This document shows, in pieces, positions 51,668 to 62,042 of a stretch of 64,000 nucleotides of DNA. The notes under the pieces are model-generated. The model was not told the DNA's origin. It saw only the letters and a program-made list of their open reading frames with translations, and made no database searches. The number at the start of each line of letters is the position of its first letter. The stretch's first letter is position 1. Source of the stretch: Bacilli bacterium (GTDB taxonomy: Bacteria > Bacillota_I > Bacilli_A > RFN20 > CAG-826); the NCBI GenBank assembly GCA_028690575.1, contig JAQVAY010000001.1, positions 1,163-65,162 on the forward strand, in the 5' to 3' direction. Position numbers and translations under genes: made by a program.

Positions 51668-54307
51668 ATGGCTGAAAAAAAATATGTTTACGCCTTTGAA
51701 GAAGCTTACGGTTTAGGTAAAGAAATTCTTGGTGGAAAAGGCGCCGGCCTTGCAGAAATGACACATATTGGTGTTCGTATTCCAGAAGGTTTTACTATTT
51801 CTACTGAAGTATGTGCATTATTTTATGAAAATGGCAAAAAATTGCCTGAATATGTTGTCAATGCAATTTTTGAATCGATTAAAGGCATCGAAAAGAAGAC
51901 AGGAAAAGTATTTGGTGGAGATCACAATCCATTGCTAGTCTCTGTCCGTTCTGGTGCAAGAGCTAGTATGCCTGGCATGATGGATACCATCTTAAACTTG
52001 GGTTTAAATGACACTACTGCCGCTACTTTAGCGAAAGAAACAGGCAACGAAAGATTCGCAATGGATTCTTATCGCCGTTTTATCTTAATGTTCACAAACA
52101 TAGCAAAAGGGCACCCACGCGATGCAATGGACAAAATGTTGCATGACTTAAAAGTTCAACATGGTTATAAACTCGATACTGAAGTTACAACCGAACAATT
52201 AAGAGAACTAGTTGCCAAGTACAAAGCTTACTATAAAAATATCTTTGGTACAGATTTCCCAACTGATCCAAAAATTCAATTATTGGAAGCTGTCTCCGCT
52301 GTTTTCAGAAGTTGGGACAACCCAAGAGCGAACGTTTATCGTATGATGAACAACATCCCATATTCATGGGGCACTGCTGTTAACGTTCAATCAATGGCCT
52401 TTGGTAACAAGGGTGAAACTTCTGGTACTGGTGTCGCCTTCTCTCGTAACCCAGGAACTGGTGAAAACGTTATCTCCGCTGAATATTTACCAAACGCTCA
52501 AGGTGAAGATGTTGTCGCTGGTATACGCACTCCATTACACATCGACGAATTAAAAGCGAGAATGCCAAAAGTTTATGAAGAGTTTGTCAAAACTATCAAA
52601 ATCATGGAAAAGCATTACCGCGATATGCAAGACATGGAATTCACTGTTGAAGAAGGTGTCTTATATTTCTTACAAACTCGTAATGGCAAGAGAACCCCTG
52701 CCGCTGCTTTAAAGATTGCCTGCGATCTCGTTGATGAAGGCTTAATAACTGAAAAAGAAGCCGTCACTCGTATTGACGCTGGTTCTTTCGATAAATTGTT
52801 ACTCCCGGGATTTGATAAAGATGCTCTTGCAGTCACCAAACCAATCGCTACTGGATTAGCTGCTGGTCCTGGTGCTGGAACTGGTGCTATCGCCTTCACA
52901 GCCGAGGAAGCTGAGAAGAGACATCTCGCTGGCGAAAAAGTTATTCTTGTGCGTGCCGAGACTTCGCCTGAAGACATCGTTGGAATGGTTGCCGCTCAAG
53001 GCATTCTTACCGCTCGTGGCGGTATGACCTCGCACGCGGCCGTCGTTGCTCGTGGTATGGGCAAATGCTGCATCAGTGGATGTTCTGCTGCGATTATCAA
53101 CGAAGAAAAGAGAACTCTCACCATTGGCAAACAAGTTTTTACTGACAAGGATATTTTATCCTTAGATGGAAATACTGGTAATGTCTATGTTGGCGCTATT
53201 AAGACTGTCGCCCCTGACTTAACTTCTGGATATTTCGGAAGATTAATGGCTTGGGTTGATCAATATCGTGAACTTAATGTCAGAACAAACGCTGATACTC
53301 CACGAGACGCGAAACAAGCTAGAGTTTTCGGCGCTGAAGGCATCGGCTTATGCCGTACTGAACACATGTTCTTTGCTAAAGACAGAATCTTCTCTATGAG
53401 AAAAATGATTCTTGCTGATACCCTTGAAGAACGCGAAGCCGCTCTCGCTGAAATTGAACCAATGCAACAAGATGATTTCGAAGGATTGTTCGAAACCATG
53501 GGCGAATTTAACGTTACTATCCGTTTATTAGACCCACCACTTCATGAGTTCCTACCACAAGAACCATCACTAATTGAAGAATTAGCAGTTGCTACTGGTA
53601 GATCCGTTCAACAAATCAAAGATAGAATCGCTGATTTACACGAATCTAACCCAATGATGGGTCACCGTGGATGCCGTTTGGACGTCACTTATCCAGAAAT
53701 CGGCAAAATGCAAACTAGAGCCATCATTAAGGCTGCTATCAATGTCAGCAAGAAGACCGGAAAATTAGTTATTCCAGAAATCATGATTCCACTTGTTTTA
53801 GACGAGAAAGAATTGAAGTTCGTTAAGAACATCATCACCGAAGTTGCCGATGGCCTCATTGCCAAATCCGGTTTAAACATGAAATACCATGTTGGAACTA
53901 TGATCGAAATTCCACGAGCCGCTCTCTTATCCGATGAAATCGCTAAAGAAGCAGAATTCTTCTCATTTGGTACAAATGACTTAACTCAAATGACCTTTGG
54001 TTTCTCCCGTGATGATGCTGGTAAGTTCTTGCCTCACTACTATTCCAACAAGATATTTGAAGAGGATCCATTTAAGACCCTTGACCAAAACGGTGTTGGC
54101 AAATTAATTGAAATGTCGGTCAAACTCGGCCGAGCAACCAGACCAAGTCTCCACATCGGAGTCTGTGGCGAAACTGGAGGCGATCCAAAATCTATCGAGT
54201 TCTATCACAAAGCTGGATTAGATTATGTCTCTTGTTCTCCATTCCGTGTCCCAGTTGCTAGACTAGCTGCTGCTCAAGCCGCAATTCTCTTCCCAAGAAA
54301 GAAATAA
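51668..54307 (+). CDS. ppdK: Pyruvate, phosphate dikinase. Start trimmed to MAEKKYVYAFEE after a TAGGAGG site.
   Basis: Phosphohistidine region GGMTSHAAVVARGMGK and PEP-utilising C-terminal domain. Confidence 0.92.
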   Translation: MAEKKYVYAFEEAYGLGKEILGGKGAGLAEMTHIGVRIPEGFTISTEVCALFYENGKKLPEYVVNAIFESIKGIEKKTGKVFGGDHNPLLVSVRSGARASMPGMMDTILNLGLNDTTAATLAKETGNERFAMDSYRRFILMFTNIAKGHPRDAMDKMLHDLKVQHGYKLDTEVTTEQLRELVAKYKAYYKNIFGTDFPTDPKIQLLEAVSAVFRSWDNPRANVYRMMNNIPYSWGTAVNVQSMAFGNKGETSGTGVAFSRNPGTGENVISAEYLPNAQGEDVVAGIRTPLHIDELKARMPKVYEEFVKTIKIMEKHYRDMQDMEFTVEEGVLYFLQTRNGKRTPAAALKIACDLVDEGLITEKEAVTRIDAGSFDKLLLPGFDKDALAVTKPIATGLAAGPGAGTGAIAFTAEEAEKRHLAGEKVILVRAETSPEDIVGMVAAQGILTARGGMTSHAAVVARGMGKCCISGCSAAIINEEKRTLTIGKQVFTDKDILSLDGNTGNVYVGAIKTVAPDLTSGYFGRLMAWVDQYRELNVRTNADTPRDAKQARVFGAEGIGLCRTEHMFFAKDRIFSMRKMILADTLEEREAALAEIEPMQQDDFEGLFETMGEFNVTIRLLDPPLHEFLPQEPSLIEELAVATGRSVQQIKDRIADLHESNPMMGHRGCRLDVTYPEIGKMQTRAIIKAAINVSKKTGKLVIPEIMIPLVLDEKELKFVKNIITEVADGLIAKSGLNMKYHVGTMIEIPRAALLSDEIAKEAEFFSFGTNDLTQMTFGFSRDDAGKFLPHYYSNKIFEEDPFKTLDQNGVGKLIEMSVKLGRATRPSLHIGVCGETGGDPKSIEFYHKAGLDYVSCSPFRVPVARLAAAQAAILFPRKK

Positions 54308-54327
54308 TTGGGTAAGAAAAACAAAAT

Positions 54328-54361
54328 AAAAGCTCAAGGCAATTTGCTCTTGAGCTTTTTT
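54328..54361. terminator. Bidirectional terminator AAAGCTCAAG-loop-CTTGAGCTTTTTT between ppdK and glcK
   Basis: Strong inverted repeat flanked by A- and T-runs. Confidence 0.6.
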
Positions 54362-54380
54362 ATTAAATAAATTAATAAGA

Positions 54381-55313
54381 CTATTGTTTAAAGAATAGTG
54401 AAGCTGCTCCAACAACACCAGCATTATACCCAAGTTTTCCTACTAAAATCTCAACGGTAGGAGAATGAGGAAAACCATATGATCTCTCTTCGCAATAATT
54501 TTTCAAACGAGAGGTTAAATAACCGCCTTCTTTAGAAACACCACCACATAAAATAACTGCGTCAGGTCTAAAAATGTTGCAAAGATTTAGAATTCCCTCT
54601 CCTAAATAGTGAATATAGTTTCGGACAACTTCTTGAGCATAGCGATCGCCTATTTTTGCGGCAGAAAACGCTACTTTTGCATCAACTTCATCGAGGGAAG
54701 TAATACCTTTCCACATTAGTGAATCAGGATGTTGCTCCATTTGCTTTTTAGTATCTGTGATAAGGGCAGTAGCTGAAGCATATGTTTCAAGGCAGCCGTG
54801 TCTTCCACATCCACATGGTCTACCGTCAATTTCGATAACCATGTGACCAATTTCTGCACCTTTTCCTTCATTTCCTTCATATAATTTTCCATCTAAGACT
54901 AATCCACCTCCGACACCGGTTCCAAGAGTTAAAACAACTATGTTATGGAGTTGTTTCGCTACTCCGAATGTTGCTTCGCCAGAGGCGGCAGCATTGGCAT
55001 CGTTTGTTATATGAACAGGCAGATCGAGGGCCTTTTCAATCATTTCTTTAATATGGACATTTGTCCACCCAATATTTGGTGCGAATTCAACCACACCAGT
55101 ATCAGAATCAACTGTTCCAGGGCAACCTATTCCCACCCCATTAATATTGGGGTAATTGATTTTTTTTATTTGTATTATTAATTTGTTAATTGTTTCTTCA
55201 GGAGTTTCTCCACTTTCAACAGGAAGAGTGAAAAAATCCTGAATGTCCCCTTTTGGAGTAACAACCGCGCCTTTGATGAATGTGCCACCAATATCAATTC
55301 CAATTGCGTTCAT
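54381..55313 (-). CDS. glcK: ROK-family glucokinase; start approximate
   Basis: GIDIGGT and ROK zinc motif HMVIEIDGRPCGCGRHGCLE. Confidence 0.8.
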   Translation of the reverse strand: MNAIGIDIGGTFIKGAVVTPKGDIQDFFTLPVESGETPEETINKLIIQIKKINYPNINGVGIGCPGTVDSDTGVVEFAPNIGWTNVHIKEMIEKALDLPVHITNDANAAASGEATFGVAKQLHNIVVLTLGTGVGGGLVLDGKLYEGNEGKGAEIGHMVIEIDGRPCGCGRHGCLETYASATALITDTKKQMEQHPDSLMWKGITSLDEVDAKVAFSAAKIGDRYAQEVVRNYIHYLGEGILNLCNIFRPDAVILCGGVSKEGGYLTSRLKNYCEERSYGFPHSPTVEILVGKLGYNAGVVGAASLFFKQ

Positions 55314-55342
55314 TTTAAAAAACCCCACATTTCTTAATTATT

Positions 55343-55597
55343 TTAATCGTTTTTAATCGGTAATTTGAAGAAAACGAAATTATTGTCTCCATCAATATAA
55401 CCAACTTCTTTTCCATTAATGATAATAGAACAATCCTCATCAATATAACCAATCTCTCGATTAAGAATTGACATTATTCCATCATCAGTAATAGAAGCAA
55501 ATTTTTTTCCTCTTATGAAAAGCTCATTCTCTCCAATATATCCGACAAGTTCTTTATCGAGAAAGATATTGCGACCGAAAGAATCTATAATGAGCAT
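55343..55597 (-). CDS. Small hypothetical protein of 84 aa built from three roughly 16-aa repeats centred on GYI(G/D)(E/G)(N/D)
   Basis: Repeats LDKELVGYIGENELFI, LNREIGYIDEDCSIII and NGKEVGYIDGDNNFVF; stop overlaps the glmU start region. Confidence 0.4.
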   Translation of the reverse strand: MLIIDSFGRNIFLDKELVGYIGENELFIRGKKFASITDDGIMSILNREIGYIDEDCSIIINGKEVGYIDGDNNFVFFKLPIKND

Positions 55598-57006
55598 TAT
55601 TTTTTCGAGGCCTCTTTTTTGGCTTTCGCTTTGTTCATAAAAGTTGTATAACCATGTTCAATTTCGACTTGTCGAGCTCTCGCAATAACAAGTGAGTCTT
55701 CCTTAACGTCCTTAGTGATGGTTGAACCAGCAGCAGTAAAGGATGAATCTTCAACTTTCAATGGCGCAACAAGAATTGTTCCACTTCCTAAAAAGACATT
55801 TTTTCCAATTTCGGTGTGCATTTTGTTGAAACCATCGTAGTTAGCAGTAATTGTTCCGCAACCAACATTTGTTTTCTCACCAATTTGACAATTACCTAAA
55901 TATGTGAGGTGTGCGGCTTTCACGCCATCGTTAAGCTCTGTATTCTTAAGTTCAACAAAGTTGCCGACTCTACAATGATTAGCAACAATTGTTCCCGCTC
56001 TCATTTTGGTGAAGGGACCAATTTCGTTATAACTTCCAATTTTTGAATCTGAAATCCATGAGGATTGAATAACATTATCATCACCAATTTCAACAGTATC
56101 TAAAAAGGTGTTTGGTCCTATTGTGTTGGCTTCGCCAATTTTGCATTTACCGAAGATAGTTGTGTTTGGAAGAATAACTGTGTCTTTTCCAATTTCAACA
56201 TCTGGAGAAATGTAAGTTGAGTCAGGGTCTTCCATTGAGACGCCGGACATCATAAGTCTATGATTAATTCTTTTTCTAATAACCTTCCCTGCATAGGAGA
56301 GCTGAACACGATCATTAATACCGAAAACCTCGACTGCGTTTTCAACAACATATGCTCCAACTTTTTTGCCATTTCTTTTAAAGATGCCAACTAAATCGGT
56401 TAAATAATATTCTCGTTGCGAATTATCTGCTGTAAGTTGATTGATATATTCAAACAAGAATTTATTATCAAAAATATAAAGACCGGCATTCACTTCGCGA
56501 ATATCTTTTTCATCTTCAGAACAATCCTTGTCTTCTTTGATTGCTAAAACATAATTGCTTTTTGAGTCACGAATAATTCTTCCGTACCCATCTGGTTTTT
56601 CTAATACAGAAGTGACAATTGTAAGATGGTTTTTAATTTTTTTGTGTACTTTAAAAATGTGCTCAATGGTCTCCGTGGTAACAAGAGGAGTGTCGCCACA
56701 AATAACCAAAGTTGATCCTTCTTTGTCTTTTAACAGTTCTTTTACTTGCAAAACAGCATTACCTGTTCCAACTAGGTCTTTTTGCCAAATAACTTTTGCC
56801 CGATCTTCAACTAATTTTTTAGTAACTTCCCCACCAAAACCAACAACAACCACAATTTCTTTCATTCCAACAGGCAAGATGGCATCAATCACATAATTTA
56901 CGAGGGCTTTCCCTAAAATCGGATAAGACACTTTTGATCTTTCAGGGTCGCGAGATTTCATTCTCGTTCCTTTTCCAGCTGCCAATACAATTGCATAATA
57001 ATTCAT
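55597..57006 (-). CDS. glmU: Bifunctional GlcN-1-P acetyltransferase / UDP-GlcNAc pyrophosphorylase
   Basis: LAAGKGTRMKS and C-terminal left-handed beta-helix hexapeptide repeats. Confidence 0.92.
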   Translation of the reverse strand: MNYYAIVLAAGKGTRMKSRDPERSKVSYPILGKALVNYVIDAILPVGMKEIVVVVGFGGEVTKKLVEDRAKVIWQKDLVGTGNAVLQVKELLKDKEGSTLVICGDTPLVTTETIEHIFKVHKKIKNHLTIVTSVLEKPDGYGRIIRDSKSNYVLAIKEDKDCSEDEKDIREVNAGLYIFDNKFLFEYINQLTADNSQREYYLTDLVGIFKRNGKKVGAYVVENAVEVFGINDRVQLSYAGKVIRKRINHRLMMSGVSMEDPDSTYISPDVEIGKDTVILPNTTIFGKCKIGEANTIGPNTFLDTVEIGDDNVIQSSWISDSKIGSYNEIGPFTKMRAGTIVANHCRVGNFVELKNTELNDGVKAAHLTYLGNCQIGEKTNVGCGTITANYDGFNKMHTEIGKNVFLGSGTILVAPLKVEDSSFTAAGSTITKDVKEDSLVIARARQVEIEHGYTTFMNKAKAKKEASKK

Positions 57007-57018
57007 AATTCAATACCC

Positions 57019-57873
57019 CTATTTCATTATTTTAGTTATCTCTACGACATAATCGTCTTCGAGTTTTCTTGCGATATTTTTAATCAAAGAAAGGTTCGTG
57101 CTTAGCGCAATAACCGCGCTTCCAGAACCAGTCATCGTAACAATGTTCAATCCCATTTTTTCTAACTTTTGTTTGATTACCTTTATTTCAGGAACAATCT
57201 TTGAGGCTGGCTCCTCTAAAGAATTAACTATGGACTCAGCCAATAATTTGTCGTCCCCTTCAGCTAGAGCTTGGATAACACTATCCACATTCCCAGTAAC
57301 CAAGTCTATTCCGTCTGATGCCTCAAAAACATCGTGAGTTGAGCATCCTCTTTCAGGTTTAACTATCAAAACAAAATAGTTATTTTTAATAGTTATCGGT
57401 TCAAATTCTCCTCCGGTTCCGCGGCATCTAGCGGGTTTGCAGGGAATGAAAAACGGAACATCTGATCCAAGTTGCTTTGCAAGTTCAATGAGTTCCTCAG
57501 TAGGAATTCTTAAATTGAGAAACTTATCAACGCCTTTTAAAACAAAAGCAGCATTTGAAGAACCGCCACCTAAGCCTGCTTGCATAGGAATTACCTTGTG
57601 AATAATAACTCGGAATTTCTTTTTAATTCCATATTTTTTCTGAATTAAACTTAAGGCAGATGAGGCAATATTGTGACGAACCTTCACTCCAGAAAAATCA
57701 TCAAGGGTGACAAAATTATTATCGGCGTTTTTGACCTCATTTATAAGAAGAGAGTCGTGTAGTTCAATGGGAACCATTACCATGTCTAAATCATGAAAAC
57801 CATCTTCCCGTCGGCTAAGCACATTCAGGCATATGTTTATTTTTGCAAAACTTCGAATAACTAAATCTTTCAT
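57019..57873 (-). CDS. ispE: 4-diphosphocytidyl-2-C-methyl-D-erythritol kinase
   Basis: GHMP kinase motif PMQAGLGGGSSNAA. Confidence 0.85.
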   Translation of the reverse strand: MKDLVIRSFAKINICLNVLSRREDGFHDLDMVMVPIELHDSLLINEVKNADNNFVTLDDFSGVKVRHNIASSALSLIQKKYGIKKKFRVIIHKVIPMQAGLGGGSSNAAFVLKGVDKFLNLRIPTEELIELAKQLGSDVPFFIPCKPARCRGTGGEFEPITIKNNYFVLIVKPERGCSTHDVFEASDGIDLVTGNVDSVIQALAEGDDKLLAESIVNSLEEPASKIVPEIKVIKQKLEKMGLNIVTMTGSGSAVIALSTNLSLIKNIARKLEDDYVVEITKIMK

Positions 57874-57942
57874 AAATTCAAATAATTATAATTATTACAC
57901 CTTTGTTCATCAACACATTTTAACTAATTTAATAATAATTAA

Positions 57943-58773
57943 TTAATCCTTCTTTATTGTATCATTTAGTTTAATAGTTTTATAGATGGTCAGATACTGA
58001 AAAGGGGTAAGTTGTTCAGGTCTAAATGTGGATTGGATGCCTAAATCACCACATATTTTCACCGCTAAGGATTTATCTTTTACAAATGAAGAGAGGTTAT
58101 TGAGAATCGTTTTTCTTCGATTCAAAAAAAGTTGTTTTGCTAAAAAATAGGTGCCATAGCAATCATCTCGGTCAATTTTACCATTTAATTGAATTTCAAA
58201 AACAATTGAATCGCACTTTGGAGCAGGATAGAAAGAACCTGCTTTTACTACAAAGAGCTTTTTTGGTTCACCAAGCAAATGAACTAGGACAGAAACAGCT
58301 CCATAATCTCCTCCAGTGAAAGCGGAGAAGCGAGCGAAGGCTTCGGCCTGACACATCAAAACCAATTTTTGGCATAATTTACCGTTCAATAACAAAAATG
58401 TGATTAATTCGGTTGTAATATTGTAGGGTAGATTGCCAATTATCTTGGAATACTTCGAAATATCAATTTTTCTAATATCATTGTTTATTAATTTAATAAT
58501 CGGAGAATCGCCATACACTTCATCCAAAAACTTAATCATTCTAAAATCAATGTCTACAGCATCGCACGGAGAATCTTTAAAGGAAATAAAATGAGTAAGG
58601 GACCCTAATCCAGGACCAATTTCTAAAATATAGTCATTTTCTTTTATTTCTAATTTGTCAACTATGCGTGAAGCAATTTCTGATTCGATAAGAAAGTTCT
58701 GACCATAGTCTTTTTCAGGTTTTAAGTTTAATTTTTTTGTAATTTCGAAAATGTTTGTTCTATTTATGAGCAT
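57943..58773 (-). CDS. rsmA: 16S rRNA (adenine1518/1519-N6)-dimethyltransferase
   Basis: GQNFL, EIGPGLGSLT and NLPYNI motifs. Confidence 0.9.
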   Translation of the reverse strand: MLINRTNIFEITKKLNLKPEKDYGQNFLIESEIASRIVDKLEIKENDYILEIGPGLGSLTHFISFKDSPCDAVDIDFRMIKFLDEVYGDSPIIKLINNDIRKIDISKYSKIIGNLPYNITTELITFLLLNGKLCQKLVLMCQAEAFARFSAFTGGDYGAVSVLVHLLGEPKKLFVVKAGSFYPAPKCDSIVFEIQLNGKIDRDDCYGTYFLAKQLFLNRRKTILNNLSSFVKDKSLAVKICGDLGIQSTFRPEQLTPFQYLTIYKTIKLNDTIKKD

Positions 58774-59291
58774 AATCTTTCTCCAACAATTTTGATTATT
58801 TCTTCTCTAGTATAATTGAGAGAGTTTAATCGTTCTGTAAGCTTTTTCATATTCACAGTTCCGACCGGTACTTTTTTTGAAAAAATAGTACGATTGTTTT
58901 TGGTATTTAGACCAATAGAGCTCAAAAAAGAAACTGTAATATCGTTGTGTTTTAAAGATTTTTCCGACAAATATCCATTCAAAACTCTAACAATTTCGTC
59001 TTTTTCACATTCAGCAATTCCATGTTTTTTCTTTTTACTGCGGAAAATCTTTTTTGCAAAAATGTTAATAGAATTAGGAATTTTAAGTCTTGCTCGAATT
59101 GTTTCCCCAGGCTCGTCTGGATCGGTTATTACCAACACTTGTTTTATCTTAGAAGCCGCTTCCAAATAGGCAATTTCCGACTTCGGTAATTCATATCCGT
59201 TAGTAATTACGTATTCAGACATAATAAAGGATGACAAAAATGCTACATCAGTTTTTCCTTCTACAACAATAATTCCATTAAAATAAAACAT
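58764..59291 (-). CDS. rnmV: Ribonuclease M5 (Toprim). Start trimmed to MFYFNGIIVVEG.
   Basis: IVVEGKTD and VLVITDPDEPGE Toprim motifs. Confidence 0.8.
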   Translation of the reverse strand: MFYFNGIIVVEGKTDVAFLSSFIMSEYVITNGYELPKSEIAYLEAASKIKQVLVITDPDEPGETIRARLKIPNSINIFAKKIFRSKKKKHGIAECEKDEIVRVLNGYLSEKSLKHNDITVSFLSSIGLNTKNNRTIFSKKVPVGTVNMKKLTERLNSLNYTREEIIKIVGERLCS

Positions 59292-59295
59292 ATTT

Positions 59296-60075
59296 TTACA
59301 CGTGAAACATTTTACAAGAATTTTGATACAGAACATCAATAATGTGTTTTTTGGATATTTTTTTAATTCTTGCGATTTCATCAACAACAAGGGCAATATT
59401 CTTTGGAACATTAGTTGTTCCTCTTAACGGATGAGGCGATAAATAAGGGGCATCGGTTTCTACAACAATCTTTTCAAGTGGCGCTTCTTCGCAAATTTCT
59501 TTTATTTTTTTTGCGTTAGTGAAGGTTAATGTCCCACCTAAACCAATTAAAAGGCCTAAGTTTAATACTTCTGGTAAAGATTCAAGACTTCCAGAGTAGC
59601 AATGCATGACCCCTCCCATTTTTGGCTTATATTCTTTGAGAATTTCTAAACAATCTTCAAAAGCTTCTCGATTATGTATAGTTATCGGTTTACAGTGTTC
59701 ATTCGCTATTTTTATCTGACGAATAAAAAAATCTTTTTGAATTTTTCTTTCTTCAATTGTCTTATTCCAATGATAATCGAGCCCAATTTCTCCAACAGCC
59801 ACTACTTTAGGATGAGAAATATAAGACATTACTTCTTTATATTCTTCTTCAGTTGCATTAAAAACATTGCTTGGATGGAAGCCTATTGCTGCATAGATTT
59901 CCGAATATTTTTCCGCAAGATGAACTGCACTAATTGAACTATTTTTGTCCCATCCAACAACTAACAACTTGTTAACGCCAACTTTTTTTGCTTCTTCAAG
60001 AATTTCATCAATAGAAGAAAACAAGGCATCATCGTTAAGGTGGCAATGAGTATCGAAAATCATATTATTTTCCAA
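59296..60075 (-). CDS. tatD: TatD-family deoxyribonuclease
   Basis: FDTHCHL N-terminus and metal-site residues. Confidence 0.85.
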   Translation of the reverse strand: MENNMIFDTHCHLNDDALFSSIDEILEEAKKVGVNKLLVVGWDKNSSISAVHLAEKYSEIYAAIGFHPSNVFNATEEEYKEVMSYISHPKVVAVGEIGLDYHWNKTIEERKIQKDFFIRQIKIANEHCKPITIHNREAFEDCLEILKEYKPKMGGVMHCYSGSLESLPEVLNLGLLIGLGGTLTFTNAKKIKEICEEAPLEKIVVETDAPYLSPHPLRGTTNVPKNIALVVDEIARIKKISKKHIIDVLYQNSCKMFHV

Positions 60076-61393
60076 CGCAAAATCTCGCGAATATTTCTTT
60101 AGAAATATCCACTTGATTAGTTTCTCCTAATATTTCTAGAATAGATTCATAAGCATCTCTAATTGAGACCGCCACCAAATCAATTGGTAAATCGTTTAAG
60201 GAATCTTCTTTGGCTTTTTGCAAAGAATCTTTCGCTCTTTCTAGCAAGCCTATTTGACGTGCGTTGTTAAGCGCAGGTTGCTGGAAAGATTGGTCATCAA
60301 GACCTAGTGTTTTATATATCTCATCAACCAGGGGGCTAATGTCTTTCTTTAGAGCAGAAACATAAAGTCCACTGCCTTGATTAACAATCTTTTTATCGCT
60401 TTTGTTAAAAACAATAATTCTATTAATTCCCTCAGTAATATCCAAAATAGCTCGATCTTCTAAGTCTTCTTTTTCACTTGCATCGAGAACCACTATTACT
60501 AGTTCAGCTTTTTTAATTGATGCTTTGGCTTTTTCAACACCAATTGATTCTACAACATCTCTCGAGTCGCGAATTCCAGCGGTGTCTAATAGGTGCAAAA
60601 CCACACCTTTGAGATTTACATCGCCTTCAACGATGTCTCGCGTCGTTCCTGCGATATCCGTTACAATAGCTTTATCTTCACCAATTAAAGCGTTCAAAAG
60701 GGATGATTTTCCAACATTAGGTTTTCCAACAATAGCAACTTTGATTCCATCTTTAATAATCTTTGCTTTTTGACCGTCCGATATCAATTTGCTAATACTT
60801 GCATTAATGGCGTCAACGTGTTCCACGACTTTTTCTTTGTTGGCGATTTCAATATCTTCATATTCTGGAAAATCAATATTTACTTCAATTAGGGATAAAA
60901 TATCGGCAATTTTTGATTTGATAGGTTGAATTATTTGAGTGACTTCTCCTTCTAATGAAAGGATAGAAAGTTTTTTTGCTTCCTGTGTGGTCGCATTAAT
61001 GACATCGTTGATTGATTCAGCTTGAATAAGGTCAATTTTATTGTGGAAAAAAGCTCTTGAAGAAAATTCTCCATTTGTTGCTAGACGAGCCCCATGCTTC
61101 AAAGAAAGGGTGATGATTTGGTTAACGATTAACATCGAACCGTGACAAATAATTTCTACCGAATCTTCACCAGTAAAACTTTTTGGGCCTTTATAAACCA
61201 ATAAAATTACTTGGTCTATTTTTTCTTCCCCATCTATGATGGTTCCATAAAATATAGTTTTTTCTTTGGCTTCACTTATGTCTTTTGTAAACATATGAGA
61301 AACAATTTCAAAACAATCATCACCAGATAACCGAATGATGGCTAACGCTGATTTTAATGGCGGTGTCGCCAACGCAACAATTGTTTCAAACAT
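60065..61393 (-). CDS. mnmE: tRNA modification GTPase MnmE
   Basis: G-domain GKPNVGKSSL and C-terminal CxGK. Confidence 0.9.
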   Translation of the reverse strand: MFETIVALATPPLKSALAIIRLSGDDCFEIVSHMFTKDISEAKEKTIFYGTIIDGEEKIDQVILLVYKGPKSFTGEDSVEIICHGSMLIVNQIITLSLKHGARLATNGEFSSRAFFHNKIDLIQAESINDVINATTQEAKKLSILSLEGEVTQIIQPIKSKIADILSLIEVNIDFPEYEDIEIANKEKVVEHVDAINASISKLISDGQKAKIIKDGIKVAIVGKPNVGKSSLLNALIGEDKAIVTDIAGTTRDIVEGDVNLKGVVLHLLDTAGIRDSRDVVESIGVEKAKASIKKAELVIVVLDASEKEDLEDRAILDITEGINRIIVFNKSDKKIVNQGSGLYVSALKKDISPLVDEIYKTLGLDDQSFQQPALNNARQIGLLERAKDSLQKAKEDSLNDLPIDLVAVSIRDAYESILEILGETNQVDISKEIFARFCVGK

Positions 61394-61411
61394 AAATACC
61401 TTTCAAAGTGT

Positions 61412-61432
61412 AAAAAGCACCCTAAGGGCGCT
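61412..61432 (-). terminator. Hairpin AGCGCCC-UUA-GGGUGCU plus U-run, downstream of jag on the minus strand
   Basis: Inverted repeat; lies between jag and mnmE. Confidence 0.5.
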
Positions 61433-61437
61433 TAATA

Positions 61438-62037
61438 CTAATCAACATAAATGATTTGGACTTGTCGATGGGTTCCTTCACCTACAGACTCGGTTCGGAT
61501 GTTTGACAATCCGGTACAAGCATTGTGAACCGCTCTTCTTTCATCTGCTGGCATTGGATCAAAGATGTATGTCTCGTGAGTCTTCTGCACATCGTGAGCA
61601 GCTCTACGAGCGATGCGTGATAGTCTAATATATTTGCTGTCTTTATATCCATTAATATCTAGCAAGATTCTAAATCTCTTGTGGAAGTGGTTGGAGACCG
61701 CCAATTTTGTTAATTCGTTTAAAGCTTGGAGTGTCTTGCCGTTCTTTCCGATTAAAACTGGGTTATGGGCAGAATCAACTGTGATGCGAATAATGTCATT
61801 ATCGTAAACTGATTGTACAGCTGACTCGATTTCTAAATTATCAACAACTTCGAGGATATAATCCTCAGCGTATTTAATAACATCAGCAATTTCATAAATT
61901 TGAACAACGATTTTTTTCGAGAAGAGACCTTTTTTCTTATCGCTGACAATGTAAATCAGTTGATCGACAGGTACATTGAGTTCTTCGGCAGCGTTGCTTA
62001 AAGCTTCTTCTGCAGTTTTTCCTTGATATTCTTTCAT
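61438..62037 (-). CDS. jag: Jag/KhpB (KH and R3H domain RNA-binding protein)
   Basis: KH region (LIGKNGKTLQALNEL) and C-terminal R3H; conserved yidC-jag order. Confidence 0.8.
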   Translation of the reverse strand: MKEYQGKTAEEALSNAAEELNVPVDQLIYIVSDKKKGLFSKKIVVQIYEIADVIKYAEDYILEVVDNLEIESAVQSVYDNDIIRITVDSAHNPVLIGKNGKTLQALNELTKLAVSNHFHKRFRILLDINGYKDSKYIRLSRIARRAAHDVQKTHETYIFDPMPADERRAVHNACTGLSNIRTESVGEGTHRQVQIIYVD

Positions 62038-62042
62038 TTCAT

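Noticed and set aside
52615-53134. Minus-strand ORFs inside ppdK
   Set aside because: They are antisense to a strongly conserved PPDK coding region.
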